Positions 39,803 to 49,528 of a stretch of 64,000 nt of DNA are shown piece by piece; within the stretch, counting starts at the first letter, position 1; every line of letters starts with the position of its first letter. The DNA is from Candidatus Pacearchaeota archaeon (GTDB lineage: Archaea; Nanobdellota; Nanobdellia; Pacearchaeales; GW2011-AR1). Where the stretch lies: assembly GCA_016186365.1 (NCBI GenBank), contig JACPLT010000001.1, forward strand, positions 13,231 through 77,230, in the 5' to 3' direction. The notes beneath the pieces are model-generated. The model was not told the DNA's origin, did no database searches, and saw nothing but the letters and a program-made list of their open reading frames with translations. The position numbers were made by a program, and so were the translations under genes.

Positions 39803-40701
39803 GAATTGAAGAAGTATTGGCCTTGCCAGGAACCAAAATTTTGGATAACACTATCTTTTTTGGAGAGGAGTCTTTTCTTTATAAGATTTATGATATTTCA
39901 TCCGTCAGAGATCTCCCACTTGAGATTTTATTAGCTGAAAAGGAATTGATTGAGCGTAATTCTGGGTTATTAAGATTAGAGGGGGTTTTTTCTTTGGCAG
40001 AAGTTGGCAAGGAGATGCAAAAATATCTTGATAAAATAAACCAAATATTAGGTTATTATCGCGAAGAGCCACATCTTAGATTTAGAAAAGACAGAAATAG
40101 AGCGTATAATAAATCTAAGGAAAAAAGAATATCCGAGATAGAAGAGAGAGGAAAACCTGGAAGGGAATATCATGAAAGATTAGCTCATCTAAACTCCTTG
40201 GCTAAAAGTGTTAAACAAGCGATTGGAACAATTAGCCAGAGAGATGTTTCTGCAGAATTTACAGAAGAAGACAAACAAACTTTCCAGAGATTTCTTTGTT
40301 ATTTTCATACTATTCATATACTTGGAATTCGCAAGTTAAAAAGAGATTTTCATGTGAATTATGATTTGTGGTATGTGCCTAATGGGGATAAAGATATAAT
40401 ATTAACTGATGAGAGTGTTATGGCTGCTGCACTTACCCTTGCTTCAAGAAAGGATTATGATGACAAAAAAGATGGGAATGTAACTGTTGTTTCCAGGGAT
40501 AGCGATATTATAAGAATGCGGGGTTTTTTTGAAAGGGATAGGGTATATAGAAAAAGATTTGATTTGCCTGATACTAGAAGCAGGGTTTTGATTTATTCTA
40601 ATTTTGAGGATTATGGGGAGTATACCTTCCAGGAAAACTATGGGGAAATTCTTTCTCCTGAAGAAGCAATCCCTCAGCAAGAGCAGCTACAGAAAACTTA
40701 A
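39799..40701 (+). CDS. hypothetical protein (300 aa)
   Basis: 4-nt overlap with the preceding ORF. No motif recognised. Confidence 0.45.
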   Translation: MRIEEVLALPGTKILDNTIFFGEESFLYKIYDISSVRDLPLEILLAEKELIERNSGLLRLEGVFSLAEVGKEMQKYLDKINQILGYYREEPHLRFRKDRNRAYNKSKEKRISEIEERGKPGREYHERLAHLNSLAKSVKQAIGTISQRDVSAEFTEEDKQTFQRFLCYFHTIHILGIRKLKRDFHVNYDLWYVPNGDKDIILTDESVMAAALTLASRKDYDDKKDGNVTVVSRDSDIIRMRGFFERDRVYRKRFDLPDTRSRVLIYSNFEDYGEYTFQENYGEILSPEEAIPQQEQLQKT

Positions 40702-40834
40702 ATAATACCCTTCTCTTATGTCCAGAATGCTTTAAGCATTCTTGAGCACTATCAGGAATAGGATGTATTCCTGAAGGAAAGAGAAGCAGAACATCTTGTA
40801 TTAATACAAGAAAGAAGCATAATAGGTGTAAAAA

Positions 40835-41851
40835 ATGGGATTGCAGATAGGTGAAATTGTTGTAAGAAAGCCGATAACTTTTAAGGAGCTGGCTGGAAAG
40901 ATAGTTGCAATTGATGCTTTTAATGCGATTTATCAGTTTTTAACTAGTATAAGACAGCCGGATGGAACTCCTTTGATGGATAAGAATAAAGAAATTACCT
41001 CTCATTTATCTGGATTATTCTATAGAAATGTTAATCTGCTGGCTGATGGAATTCTTCCTGTTTATGTTTTTGACGGCAAACCTCCTGAATTGAAGAGAGA
41101 GGAGATTGAAAAGAGGCAGGAAGCAAAAGAAGAAGCAAGAGAAAGATATGAAGAGGCGAAAGAGAAAGAAGATGTTGAGGGAATGAAGAAGTATTCTTCT
41201 CAATTTGTAAAAATTAATGATAAAATTATTAGTGAGAGCAAGGAATTGCTTCTGGCTATGGGGATTCCTGTGGTTCAGGCGAGCGGAGAGGGGGAGGCAG
41301 AGGCAGCTTATCTTGCCCGAATAGGGAAGGCGTATGCTTCTGCATCACAAGATTATGATTCTCTTCTTTATGGAGTTCCTAAACTTATTAGAAATTTGAC
41401 TTTGGCAAGAAAAAGGAAAACTATTTCTGGATATGTTGAAGTTGCTCCAGAAATAATTGATATTGAATATTTATTGAACCAGCTGCAGATTAATAGGGAT
41501 CAGCTGATTTGTTTGGGAATATTGGTTGGAACAGATTATAATCCTGGTGGAGTTAGAGGTATAGGGCAGAAAAGAGCGTTGGATATAGTAAGGAAATATG
41601 TTTATCCTGTCAAGATATTTGATTTTGTTAAAGATAATCCTAAATATTCCATTAACTTTGATTGGCAGGAAATTTATAAAGTGTTTCATGAGTATAAATC
41701 TGAGGATATTGAGCTGAAGTTTGGGAGAGTTGATGAGAATAAGGTTAGAGAGATATTGTTGAAACATGATTTTTCAGCTGATAGAATTGATAATCAGCTG
41801 GAAAAGTTGAGAGAGATTAGGGAGAGAAAGAAACAGAGGACGTTGTTTTAA
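40835..41851 (+). CDS. fen: flap endonuclease 1
   Basis: MGLQIGEIV...GKIVAIDAFNAIYQFL...LPVYVFDGKPPELK and a C-terminal H3TH region. Confidence 0.9.
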   Translation: MGLQIGEIVVRKPITFKELAGKIVAIDAFNAIYQFLTSIRQPDGTPLMDKNKEITSHLSGLFYRNVNLLADGILPVYVFDGKPPELKREEIEKRQEAKEEARERYEEAKEKEDVEGMKKYSSQFVKINDKIISESKELLLAMGIPVVQASGEGEAEAAYLARIGKAYASASQDYDSLLYGVPKLIRNLTLARKRKTISGYVEVAPEIIDIEYLLNQLQINRDQLICLGILVGTDYNPGGVRGIGQKRALDIVRKYVYPVKIFDFVKDNPKYSINFDWQEIYKVFHEYKSEDIELKFGRVDENKVREILLKHDFSADRIDNQLEKLREIRERKKQRTLF

Positions 41852-41852
41852 A

Positions 41853-43034
41853 ATGAGTATAGAAGCTGTTCCAAAAAAAAGAGTTGAAAAAGATGTTATA
41901 GAAGCGTTTAAATTACTTGCGGAAAGTGAAGGAATAAAAATAAATAATTCTGATTTTCCTGTTGTGGAAGTTAGAGAAGGAAAATACTCTTATTATGATC
42001 TTACGAAACGTTCTATTTTTATCCGCCCTCTTGACATAGGCAGTGGGACAACTTATTTTGAGGAGGCAGGGCATGCTTTAAGAGATGTTGTGCAGAGGAG
42101 AAAGGGAGTAGATTATTTAAAGCAAGATCGGAAAGTTCATGAATTTTTAGGGAGAGCAGCAGAGAGTATTGGAAGGGATTTATCTTCTGGAACAGAAATG
42201 ATGGGATTATTTTCTGAAAAACCTCGAGATATGGATGATCCTAGAATTAAGAAAAAACTTTTGAATAGATTGCGAGGGATTAGAGATGTTAAAGATCTTT
42301 TAAGAGAAAGACGAGATAGACTTGCTAAGGGAAGAAGTTATGCGCTTAATCTGTTAAAAGAAAATTATCTTAATTTGCAAGACGCTTATAAAAGTTTTAG
42401 AAGTGGAAAAATAAATGAGCAAGAGTTCATAAGCGAAATGCATAGATTAGAACAAGAGAGTAGGAAAGGAGCCAGAAAATTGAGCGGTAATGAGGAGATG
42501 AGTGTTTCTCCATTTGATGAGAATGAAATAAAAGGGTATCTCTCTTTATATGAATATTTGGGAGAAGTTTTAGGTATAACTAGAAACGCTAAAGATGAAG
42601 AAAAGAGAAAAATTATTGATGGGGCAATGAAATTTGTAGACGAATTGTATAACCCTAAAAAAATAAAATTTGATTTGGATGATCCTCGAGTTTTGGATGT
42701 AGAGTTTCAAATTGGGGAAATTCATGATAGCCATGAGGTTCATAGAAAACCTTATCTTTATGCTCAACAATATGCTCCTTCTGAATTAAAAGGAGCTTAT
42801 TCGCTTTCTGATTCAGAGATAAGAGACAGATTTTTTCATAAAAGAAAGTCAGGATTAGAAAAAGCAGTAGAAACCTTATTTTTCGTTCTTTTTCCTCTTG
42901 TTTTTGTCTATCTTTTAAAATTGAGATTAACGGGGTTTGTTTCTGGAGTTAAACTGGTTAAACTTGATTTATTTCTATTAATTTTTCTTATAATAATCAG
43001 TATTTTATACCTGAAATTTAGAACAAGAAAATAA
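41853..43034 (+). CDS. hypothetical protein with C-terminal double TM anchor (393 aa)
   Basis: Start 2 nt after the fen stop, so probably co-transcribed. Charged coiled-coil middle; two C-terminal hydrophobic helices. Confidence 0.45.
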   Translation: MSIEAVPKKRVEKDVIEAFKLLAESEGIKINNSDFPVVEVREGKYSYYDLTKRSIFIRPLDIGSGTTYFEEAGHALRDVVQRRKGVDYLKQDRKVHEFLGRAAESIGRDLSSGTEMMGLFSEKPRDMDDPRIKKKLLNRLRGIRDVKDLLRERRDRLAKGRSYALNLLKENYLNLQDAYKSFRSGKINEQEFISEMHRLEQESRKGARKLSGNEEMSVSPFDENEIKGYLSLYEYLGEVLGITRNAKDEEKRKIIDGAMKFVDELYNPKKIKFDLDDPRVLDVEFQIGEIHDSHEVHRKPYLYAQQYAPSELKGAYSLSDSEIRDRFFHKRKSGLEKAVETLFFVLFPLVFVYLLKLRLTGFVSGVKLVKLDLFLLIFLIIISILYLKFRTRK

Positions 43035-43165
43035 ACTATAGTCTAAATGTTTATTTTGCAGGCATTAAAATATCTACACTTGCTAAAAACTTGTCTTTTA
43101 GTTCACTTATTTTTATTGGGACGAACCAGCAAAAGGGTTTTAAATATAGAATTATTGGATAGATT

Positions 43166-43777
43166 ATGAAAAAGAGCATAATATTGTTTATCTTGATAAT
43201 ATTTTTATCGGCGTTTGTATATGCTGAAGAACAACCAGGAGATGCAGGAAAGATTGCAGGAAAAACTGCGGTATCCGCAGTTTTAGGAACGAATGCTTTT
43301 CTTGAGAGAGATATCGTTGTTCCTGAAAATTTGCAGTTGGTTGCTAGGGTTTTATTTGGGTTGAAGGAAAATACGGATATCGCTTTTTCTGAATTTGTTG
43401 TTCTTTGTGCTGTTTGGATAATGCTTTTTATTATAATAATTAAGATTATGGTTTTTATGCCATTTTTGAACAAAGGAATACAAAAATTTGCAGGAGCATT
43501 AATTATAACTTGTTTAGCTTCTATTGCTGGAGGATTGCTTGCTTTAGTTGCTTTATTATTAGATTTGTCAAGTTTATTTGGGATATTTAATAAATATTCT
43601 GTTGTAACCTTGGTAATTGGAATAATTCTATCAATTGTTATTGTCCTTTTTGCGAGTCTTGCTACAAACAAAATTATAACTTCTTCTGATCGTGCACGAG
43701 CAGCTACATCGGGTTTACAAGCAGGGGCTACAGCAGGAATGCTTCAGCAACAGGGAAAAACAATGACTGGAAGATGA
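43166..43777 (+). CDS. secreted 4-TM membrane protein, paralog family member P1
   Basis: Signal peptide MKKSIILFILIIFLSAFVYA, then 4 TM. Distant member of the P3/P4/P5 family. Confidence 0.45.
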   Translation: MKKSIILFILIIFLSAFVYAEEQPGDAGKIAGKTAVSAVLGTNAFLERDIVVPENLQLVARVLFGLKENTDIAFSEFVVLCAVWIMLFIIIIKIMVFMPFLNKGIQKFAGALIITCLASIAGGLLALVALLLDLSSLFGIFNKYSVVTLVIGIILSIVIVLFASLATNKIITSSDRARAATSGLQAGATAGMLQQQGKTMTGR

Positions 43778-44482
43778 TTATTCAGCTATCTCTTGCCCTT
43801 CTTTGAATTTATCTGAAAATTCGATTATATTTCCCTCTTCTTGTTCTGCTTTTCTTTTCTTTTTTTCTTCATTTTTTTTATTTATATATGTTGAAAGAAT
43901 ATCTAAGAAATAATAAAATGCTAAGATGATTAATACAGAAGCGATTATTAACAAAGTTCTTGCCCAGGCCGCTTCTTTGCTAAAGATGAATACTCCTACT
44001 GCGTTTATTATTATTTTAAAAACTTTTAGATGAGCTAGGGTGAGTGCAAATAGCAATCCGATAATATAAGCTGCCCAGCCTTTTAGAAAGTCAAGAGCTG
44101 CGATCATTTTAGAAGATTTTAGGAAAACTATCAGCCAGAGAATAATAACAAATAGTAGTGTCATAGATAAAGCGTAATCCATGCCGAACAAAATCCTGAA
44201 AACAATGCTTATTCTTGATAAGAAAGAATCAATCTTGGAAATAATGCTGTTTTCCAGCAGGATTTTTCTCCATTCTTTTCCTAAGTAGTCCCATTTTGTT
44301 TGTGTTATATTTTTTAGCTCTTCTGTTGACGAGGGGACTCCTTCTGGGAATCCTCTTTCGTTTAATTCGCCATAAGCTGATGTTGGATTAGGGTTAGCTC
44401 CGTCTTGTGCTAGGGTTAGGGTTGAAACTAGGAAACTTGCTATTAATATACTCAAGATAAATATTAATTTATATTTTAACAT
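43778..44482 (-). CDS. secreted 4-TM membrane protein, family member P2
   Basis: Signal peptide, 4 TM, charged C-tail. Stop codon abuts the P1 stop. Confidence 0.45.
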   Translation of the reverse strand: MLKYKLIFILSILIASFLVSTLTLAQDGANPNPTSAYGELNERGFPEGVPSSTEELKNITQTKWDYLGKEWRKILLENSIISKIDSFLSRISIVFRILFGMDYALSMTLLFVIILWLIVFLKSSKMIAALDFLKGWAAYIIGLLFALTLAHLKVFKIIINAVGVFIFSKEAAWARTLLIIASVLIILAFYYFLDILSTYINKKNEEKKKRKAEQEEGNIIEFSDKFKEGQEIAE

Positions 44483-44921
44483 TTTCTATTAGTTTTTTAA
44501 GTTTAGGAAAAAATGAACTAAGAAACATTATAAATTTTTCAGCTTCTTCTTTTATATAACTTTTTCCATAATATTTTACTCCATTTCTGAATTGCCTTAG
44601 CTCATTCATCATGTTTATTTCATAATCTGGAAATTTAAGCTCATTTAAGTATGAAACTTCTGCTTCGTGAGCATAATTCCCAGAGGCAGAATATCCATCT
44701 AATAACATTTTTGCCCTTATTAATTCAATTAAAATATCATAAATTGATTCTATAATAAAATTGGCATTGTTATCTGTTATTTCTATAGTATTAACAATTT
44801 GTTTTAGAAAAATATCTCTTTTTTCAGAGTTTTCTGCTAATGAATTTGCCTTGTTCTTATCAGGATACATCTGTCTTACAATGCCCTCTTTTATGTATTC
44901 TTTAAATTCTCTTAAGCTCAT
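44469..44921 (-). CDS. HEPN-like protein (partner of nucleotidyltransferase)
   Basis: Alpha-helical, 150 aa. Shares ELRQFRNGVKYYGKSY with KRNMLCYGK of 50457..50855. 4-nt overlap with the upstream NT gene. Confidence 0.4.
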   Translation of the reverse strand: MSLREFKEYIKEGIVRQMYPDKNKANSLAENSEKRDIFLKQIVNTIEITDNNANFIIESIYDILIELIRAKMLLDGYSASGNYAHEAEVSYLNELKFPDYEINMMNELRQFRNGVKYYGKSYIKEEAEKFIMFLSSFFPKLKKLIENVKI

Positions 44922-45439
44922 AATTGAACTACTCCCTTTAATGTTATTCCATTTAAAATACTGCTCTTTAAATTTGTTTCTATACTTTTCAAATCTGGAT
45001 AAAAATTAATATTAATTTTTCTTTCGAGCAGTTTTTCAAAACTTTCTAGTTCCAAATTTTTTTCTTTATACCCTATTATGGCTATATCTATATCTGACCT
45101 TTCTATGTCCTCTCCTCTAGAATAGCTTCCGAATAAAATTATTGTTGATAAGGGAAATTTATCATATAAGTATTCAATTAGTCCTGATAGATACATTCTC
45201 TTTAAATTACTTACTCTTTTAAAATTTTTAAAATTTGAGTTATCTAAATTTGCTTTTACCTCGTATAGAAACTTTTTATCTATAGTTATCATATTTTCCT
45301 TTTCTAGCTGTTTTAACGAGCCAGATATAGATGGGGGGGAGATTTTCAATATCCTTGAAATTTCTCTTACATGGAATCTTCTTGTTGGAAAATCAAATAA
45401 TAACTCCTGGATTTTTTCTTTCGTGTCTGTGTTCTTCAT
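44918..45439 (-). CDS. minimal nucleotidyltransferase (MNT) with N-terminal wHTH
   Basis: IILFGSYSRGEDIERSDIDIAIIG (GS...D.D NTase signature). N-terminal HTH RFHVREISRILKISPPSISGSLKQLEKENMI. Confidence 0.7.
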   Translation of the reverse strand: MKNTDTKEKIQELLFDFPTRRFHVREISRILKISPPSISGSLKQLEKENMITIDKKFLYEVKANLDNSNFKNFKRVSNLKRMYLSGLIEYLYDKFPLSTIILFGSYSRGEDIERSDIDIAIIGYKEKNLELESFEKLLERKININFYPDLKSIETNLKSSILNGITLKGVVQL

Positions 45440-45584
45440 TTTATATTTGTTTATTTAAAATAACAATTGTTAATTTAATATTTTATATGTTAATTTAAGA
45501 TAACAATAGTTTATAAAGATTTCTGTTTGAAGAAAGTTGCCGATTAGCGGGAGTTGAAAGGGTAAGAGAAGGGTTGATATCTTA

Positions 45585-46445
45585 TTATTCCATTTTTCCA
45601 CTGGCTATTTTTTCTAACCTTTTTGCGGTTTCAATCAATTTTTTCGTTTCTTCAGTTTCGCCTGTTACTTCTGCTAGCACATTCGCTCTTTTTCTTAGCA
45701 TTGCAGCGTCTGCTAAAGCTTCTTCTTTTGACATAACTTTTGAACTTTCTACATATCCTGCTATCCTTGTGTTGAAAAGGTATTGTCTAATTGTAGCATT
45801 AAAAGAAGCATAAATAATCAAGACTCCAAATATTGGGATATAAATTGGAAGAGCAAATTTCCAAACATTATCTAACTTTCCTGGAAACCACATTAATACA
45901 CTTATCCTATACCCTAGATATAACACAAATGCCCAAATTATTATTTTTTGTAATAATATTTTTGCAGGATTGGGGTTTTTGGTTAATTCCCAAGTTATCC
46001 CAAATATGATTATAAATGGTATAATTGATGTTAAAGTTATTCCCATTGCCCCATAGCTGACTAATGCCGCATATAATTCTTCTGGAGCAATATAAATAAT
46101 TGATAAGTAGGATATTATTATTGCTAATAGCCACCTAATCGCAGTTTTTCCTTTTCCTGTGCCTTGTCCTACTATCGGCACATATTCAAGGACACTCACT
46201 ATAATTAATAAAAGCATACCAAAAACAAGGAATTTAGTTAAAGCCAAATTCCAAATTGATTCCCCTGTAATTGTTTTTCCAAAAACTTTTTCAAATAGAG
46301 TGGGTCCCGATATTTTGGTAAATGCGTTATTTATCGCATCTGCTATGCTAGATGCAGGTATTGCAGCAACAAAATTAGCAACGAACGAAATCATAATTAA
46401 ACCTAGAAACATTAATGCAAATATTCTCACACTTTCTTTTTTCAT
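45585..46445 (-). CDS. secreted 4-TM membrane protein, family member P3
   Basis: Signal peptide. Conserved SIIPFIIIFGI and IIIWAFVLYLGY segments shared with P4/P5. Coiled C-tail. Confidence 0.5.
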   Translation of the reverse strand: MKKESVRIFALMFLGLIMISFVANFVAAIPASSIADAINNAFTKISGPTLFEKVFGKTITGESIWNLALTKFLVFGMLLLIIVSVLEYVPIVGQGTGKGKTAIRWLLAIIISYLSIIYIAPEELYAALVSYGAMGITLTSIIPFIIIFGITWELTKNPNPAKILLQKIIIWAFVLYLGYRISVLMWFPGKLDNVWKFALPIYIPIFGVLIIYASFNATIRQYLFNTRIAGYVESSKVMSKEEALADAAMLRKRANVLAEVTGETEETKKLIETAKRLEKIASGKME

Positions 46446-46547
46446 TTTGTAATGAAAATAATTCTCTATTTAAATCTTTCTCCCTAATTTAGTGTTACTA
46501 AAAAATTATAACAGAGAAGAAAAAACTAATTTTTCTTTTGTGTTATG

Positions 46548-46715
46548 TCAAGAACCCTACACTAAAAGTGTAGGGCGTTTCGGGTTCTTGAGCATGTCAG
46601 AAACTTATGTTTCTGATCACTCTCAGAAATTAAAAATTTCTGAAGTGCTCAAAAATTGCGTTTATTTACTCACGAACTAAAGTAAGGAGGTTGTATAAAC
46701 CAATTTTTGACATGT
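46548..46715. repeat. hairpin-rich interspersed repeat copy (family with 52540..52700 and 60975..61030)
   Basis: Nested hairpin caagaaccc-tacac-taaaa-gtgta-ggg...gggttcttg, then tcagaaac-ttat-gtttctga. Shares GTGCTCA(A/G)AAA and TTTTTGACATG with the other copies. Confidence 0.45.
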
Positions 46716-46954
46716 TAAGGTTACCCATATTATATTTTGTGTAACTTTGAGATTACCTATATTTGTGAGTCTTTTGGCAGTTATGACTTTGAAACGCTAA
46801 ACTAGCAATTAAAACATTAAGAAAAGAACTTGAGAATTAATTATTTAACATCAATAATAGTGGGCTTTTATTGAGTTACAAATAGATTTATTTTTAATTC
46901 AGAAAAATAATTGCCTTTAGCAATAATTACTTTTTTATTTTTTATCTGTAGAAT

Positions 46955-47110
46955 GTTACATTCATGTCATATTTGTTACATTCATGTCATATTTGTTACA
47001 TTCATGTCATATTTGTTACATTCATGTCATATTTGTTACATTCATGTCATATTTGTTACATTCATGTCATATTTGTTTTTGTTACATTCATGTCATATTT
47101 GTTACATTCA
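46955..47110 (+). repeat. 20-bp tandem direct repeat gttacattcatgtcatattt x about 7.5 (six perfect copies, a 6-bp gttttt insertion, 1.5 more)
   Basis: Read directly. No spacers between copies. Confidence 0.9.
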
Positions 47111-47169
47111 AACTCCTAAAAGTTTTCCTTAAATTAAGGAAAATAGTATATAAAAATTTCCTATTTTAA

Positions 47170-47451
47170 AGGAAAACTTTATTTTATTGGAAGAATGTTC
47201 AGCAGGAAGAAGTAGATTTTGTTGTTAAAGAAAATGGCAAAATAAAAGAATTAATTCAAGTGTGCAAAGATATAAGCGATATTAATACTAAGCAAAGAGA
47301 AATTCGTGCATTGTTAAAAGCGAGCAAGGATTTGGAATGCAAGAATCTTTCTATAATAACTGAAAATTATGAATCTGAAGAAGAAGCTGAATGGTTTGAT
47401 TTAAAAGGAAAAATTAAGTTTGTTCCCTTGTGGAAATGGCTCTTGACATGA
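47170..47451 (+). pseudogene. 3' fragment of an AAA-type ATPase gene (DUF4143-like C-terminus), truncated at its 5' side
   Basis: Open frame from 47170 with no start until 47260. Encodes LFYWKNVQQEEVDFVVKENGKIKELIQVCKDISDINTKQREIRALLKA..., which resembles the ...YWR..EVDF.....IEVK C-terminal segment of archaeal DUF4143 ATPases. The remainder of the gene is absent. Confidence 0.45.
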
Positions 47452-47649
47452 TTTTCTATGTATATAGTAAAAGACAAAAAATTTTTAACCAACTTTTTTC
47501 TTTTCTTATCTATTAAAGGACAGAAAATGGTTAATTATTAATATCCTTTAATATAATATAGCGGTAACAAAATATCCCCGTTTTATTAACTTTTAAGTAA
47601 TTACTATATTTTCCGAAATATTTATAAAGACGGGGAAAATTAATTATTT

Positions 47650-48516
47650 ATGAAAAATAAAAAGCTGGTGATTTTGCCGATATTATTTATCGCGATTTTA
47701 GCTTTGTCTTTTGTTGTTAGTGCTGCTGAAAATGCAATTGTAAAAATGGGGGCTGATTTTGTTGAGAGTGTTTATAGTACATTGGAACCTTATCTTAAAG
47801 TTTTAGTTGGATCTACCGCTTCAGATCTTGTTCCTGGTTTTAGTGTGTTTGTAGCCAAAATCTTATTATTAATTATTTTGATAGCTATTATTTATATTAC
47901 ATTATCTAAATCTATGGCTGGATTTTTTGCTGATAAAATGTGGGTATTATGGATTATTTCGATTATCTTATCTGTGATTGGAGTAAGATTTTTAACTCCT
48001 GAATGGATTAATGCAATACTTTTGCCCACAAATACTTTTGCTATTGCAATAACTGCCGGTCTTCCTTTTATATTGTACTTTATGATTGTTAAAGGTTTTA
48101 ATGCGTCTGTTGCTAGAAGAACTGCTTGGATATTTTTTGCAGTAATATTTTTGATTTTATATGCTTCAAGAACAGGAGTTTCGGGAATTACAGCAGAAGC
48201 AAAAAAAGCATATGTTATCTATCCAATAACTGCGGGATTAGCATTACTTATGGTAGTATTAGACGGAACAATAAGAAGTTGGTGGTTTAAGGTTCAAAGA
48301 GAGAGTGCTTTAGCGGGAGGTAAATCCGCGACACTATTAAGTCTTGAAACTGCTCGTACAAATATAGGTACTAATTATTCCGGTAATCCTGCGGGATATT
48401 CTGGAATATACCCTGCTGCGCAAGGTGGAGGATTTGGTCAAATAGGTACTGATGCCTTTTTAGCAGATTCTGCGTATTTGGAAAAACAGATTAGAAAAGT
48501 TATAAAAGCAAAGTAA
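47650..48516 (+). CDS. secreted 4-TM membrane protein, family member P4
   Basis: Signal peptide. AGLPFILYFMIV and RRTAWIFFAVIF motifs. Gly/Tyr-rich C-tail. Confidence 0.55.
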   Translation: MKNKKLVILPILFIAILALSFVVSAAENAIVKMGADFVESVYSTLEPYLKVLVGSTASDLVPGFSVFVAKILLLIILIAIIYITLSKSMAGFFADKMWVLWIISIILSVIGVRFLTPEWINAILLPTNTFAIAITAGLPFILYFMIVKGFNASVARRTAWIFFAVIFLILYASRTGVSGITAEAKKAYVIYPITAGLALLMVVLDGTIRSWWFKVQRESALAGGKSATLLSLETARTNIGTNYSGNPAGYSGIYPAAQGGGFGQIGTDAFLADSAYLEKQIRKVIKAK

Positions 48517-48681
48517 GTCTTTTAGAGTCCTTTGCTTTATTTGGTTCTATCTTTTCTTAATTTTTAAATATATTAGCCCTTTTTTTAATTCTTACTCCTT
48601 TTTTGTATTTTTCATTCGGGAAATAAAAATTTCCCTCAAAATTTCCCAAATATTTATAAACCTAATATTTCTATTCTAATA

Positions 48682-49476
48682 ATGAAAAAGAGAAATAAAA
48701 ATCTGATGATTTTTTTTGGGATGTTTATTATTATGCTGTTTTTATTTATGAACTTTGCCTCTGCTCAAGTTTATGATGATTTGAGAGCGAGTTCAGAACA
48801 AATCATCCAGTGGATTAATGATATTTTTTCTCCGTTCTTTCATGCTCTTTTAGGTGCAGACTCTTTGGATAAATACTTCTTTGAAAGAATATTAATTCTT
48901 ATTCTGGTTTATGTTGTTGTTTGGAGTGTTCTTAAAAAAGTGGAAATTTTCAAGGATCATAAAGGAGTTGTTTTTGTTGTTTCTTTGATAGTTGCTCTTC
49001 TTGGAGCTAGGTATATGTCTGAAATCGATATACTTGAAGGGATACTACTACCTTACGGAACCTTGGCAATAGCTATTTCTGTCGCTCTGCCTTTTTTAAT
49101 ATATTTCTTTTTTGTTAATCTTTCTATTCCTAGTAAGGGGGGAAGAAGAATTGCCTGGATATTATTTGCAGCTGTTTTTTTTGGATTATGGATTTCTAGA
49201 GGCGTTGATTCAATTGGAAACATTGGAAATTGGATATATGGTATTGGGGTTGTAGCTGTTTTGTTGTGTCTTATTTTTGATGATAAGATACAAGAATATT
49301 TTGGCATGTTTGAGGCTACTAGGGCTAGAAGAATCAGATTTGACCAACAAATTGCAGATAGAGAGGCGCAGTTAGTTCATTATCGAGGAATTCAATCGCC
49401 TTCTCAGAGTGTAAAGGACACTATAAAGAGATATGAAGATGAGATTAAAGAATTATATAGGCAGAGAAGAAAATAA
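48682..49476 (+). CDS. secreted 4-TM membrane protein, family member P5
   Basis: Signal peptide. VALPFLIYFFFV and RRIAWILFAAVFF motifs. Arg-rich coiled C-tail. Confidence 0.55.
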   Translation: MKKRNKNLMIFFGMFIIMLFLFMNFASAQVYDDLRASSEQIIQWINDIFSPFFHALLGADSLDKYFFERILILILVYVVVWSVLKKVEIFKDHKGVVFVVSLIVALLGARYMSEIDILEGILLPYGTLAIAISVALPFLIYFFFVNLSIPSKGGRRIAWILFAAVFFGLWISRGVDSIGNIGNWIYGIGVVAVLLCLIFDDKIQEYFGMFEATRARRIRFDQQIADREAQLVHYRGIQSPSQSVKDTIKRYEDEIKELYRQRRK

Positions 49477-49528
49477 ATTATTCAAAACATAATTTATAAC
49501 CCTTATTTTTATCAAAATTAACTCATAT

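Noticed and set aside
43051-43671. 206-aa minus-strand ORF
   Set aside because: Antisense to the signal-peptide membrane protein 43166..43777, with Ile/Lys-rich low-complexity translation.
46955-47110. Possible CRISPR array
   Set aside because: Identical 20-bp units follow each other with no intervening unique spacers, and the unit is shorter than typical CRISPR repeats. No cas genes nearby. Called a tandem repeat instead.
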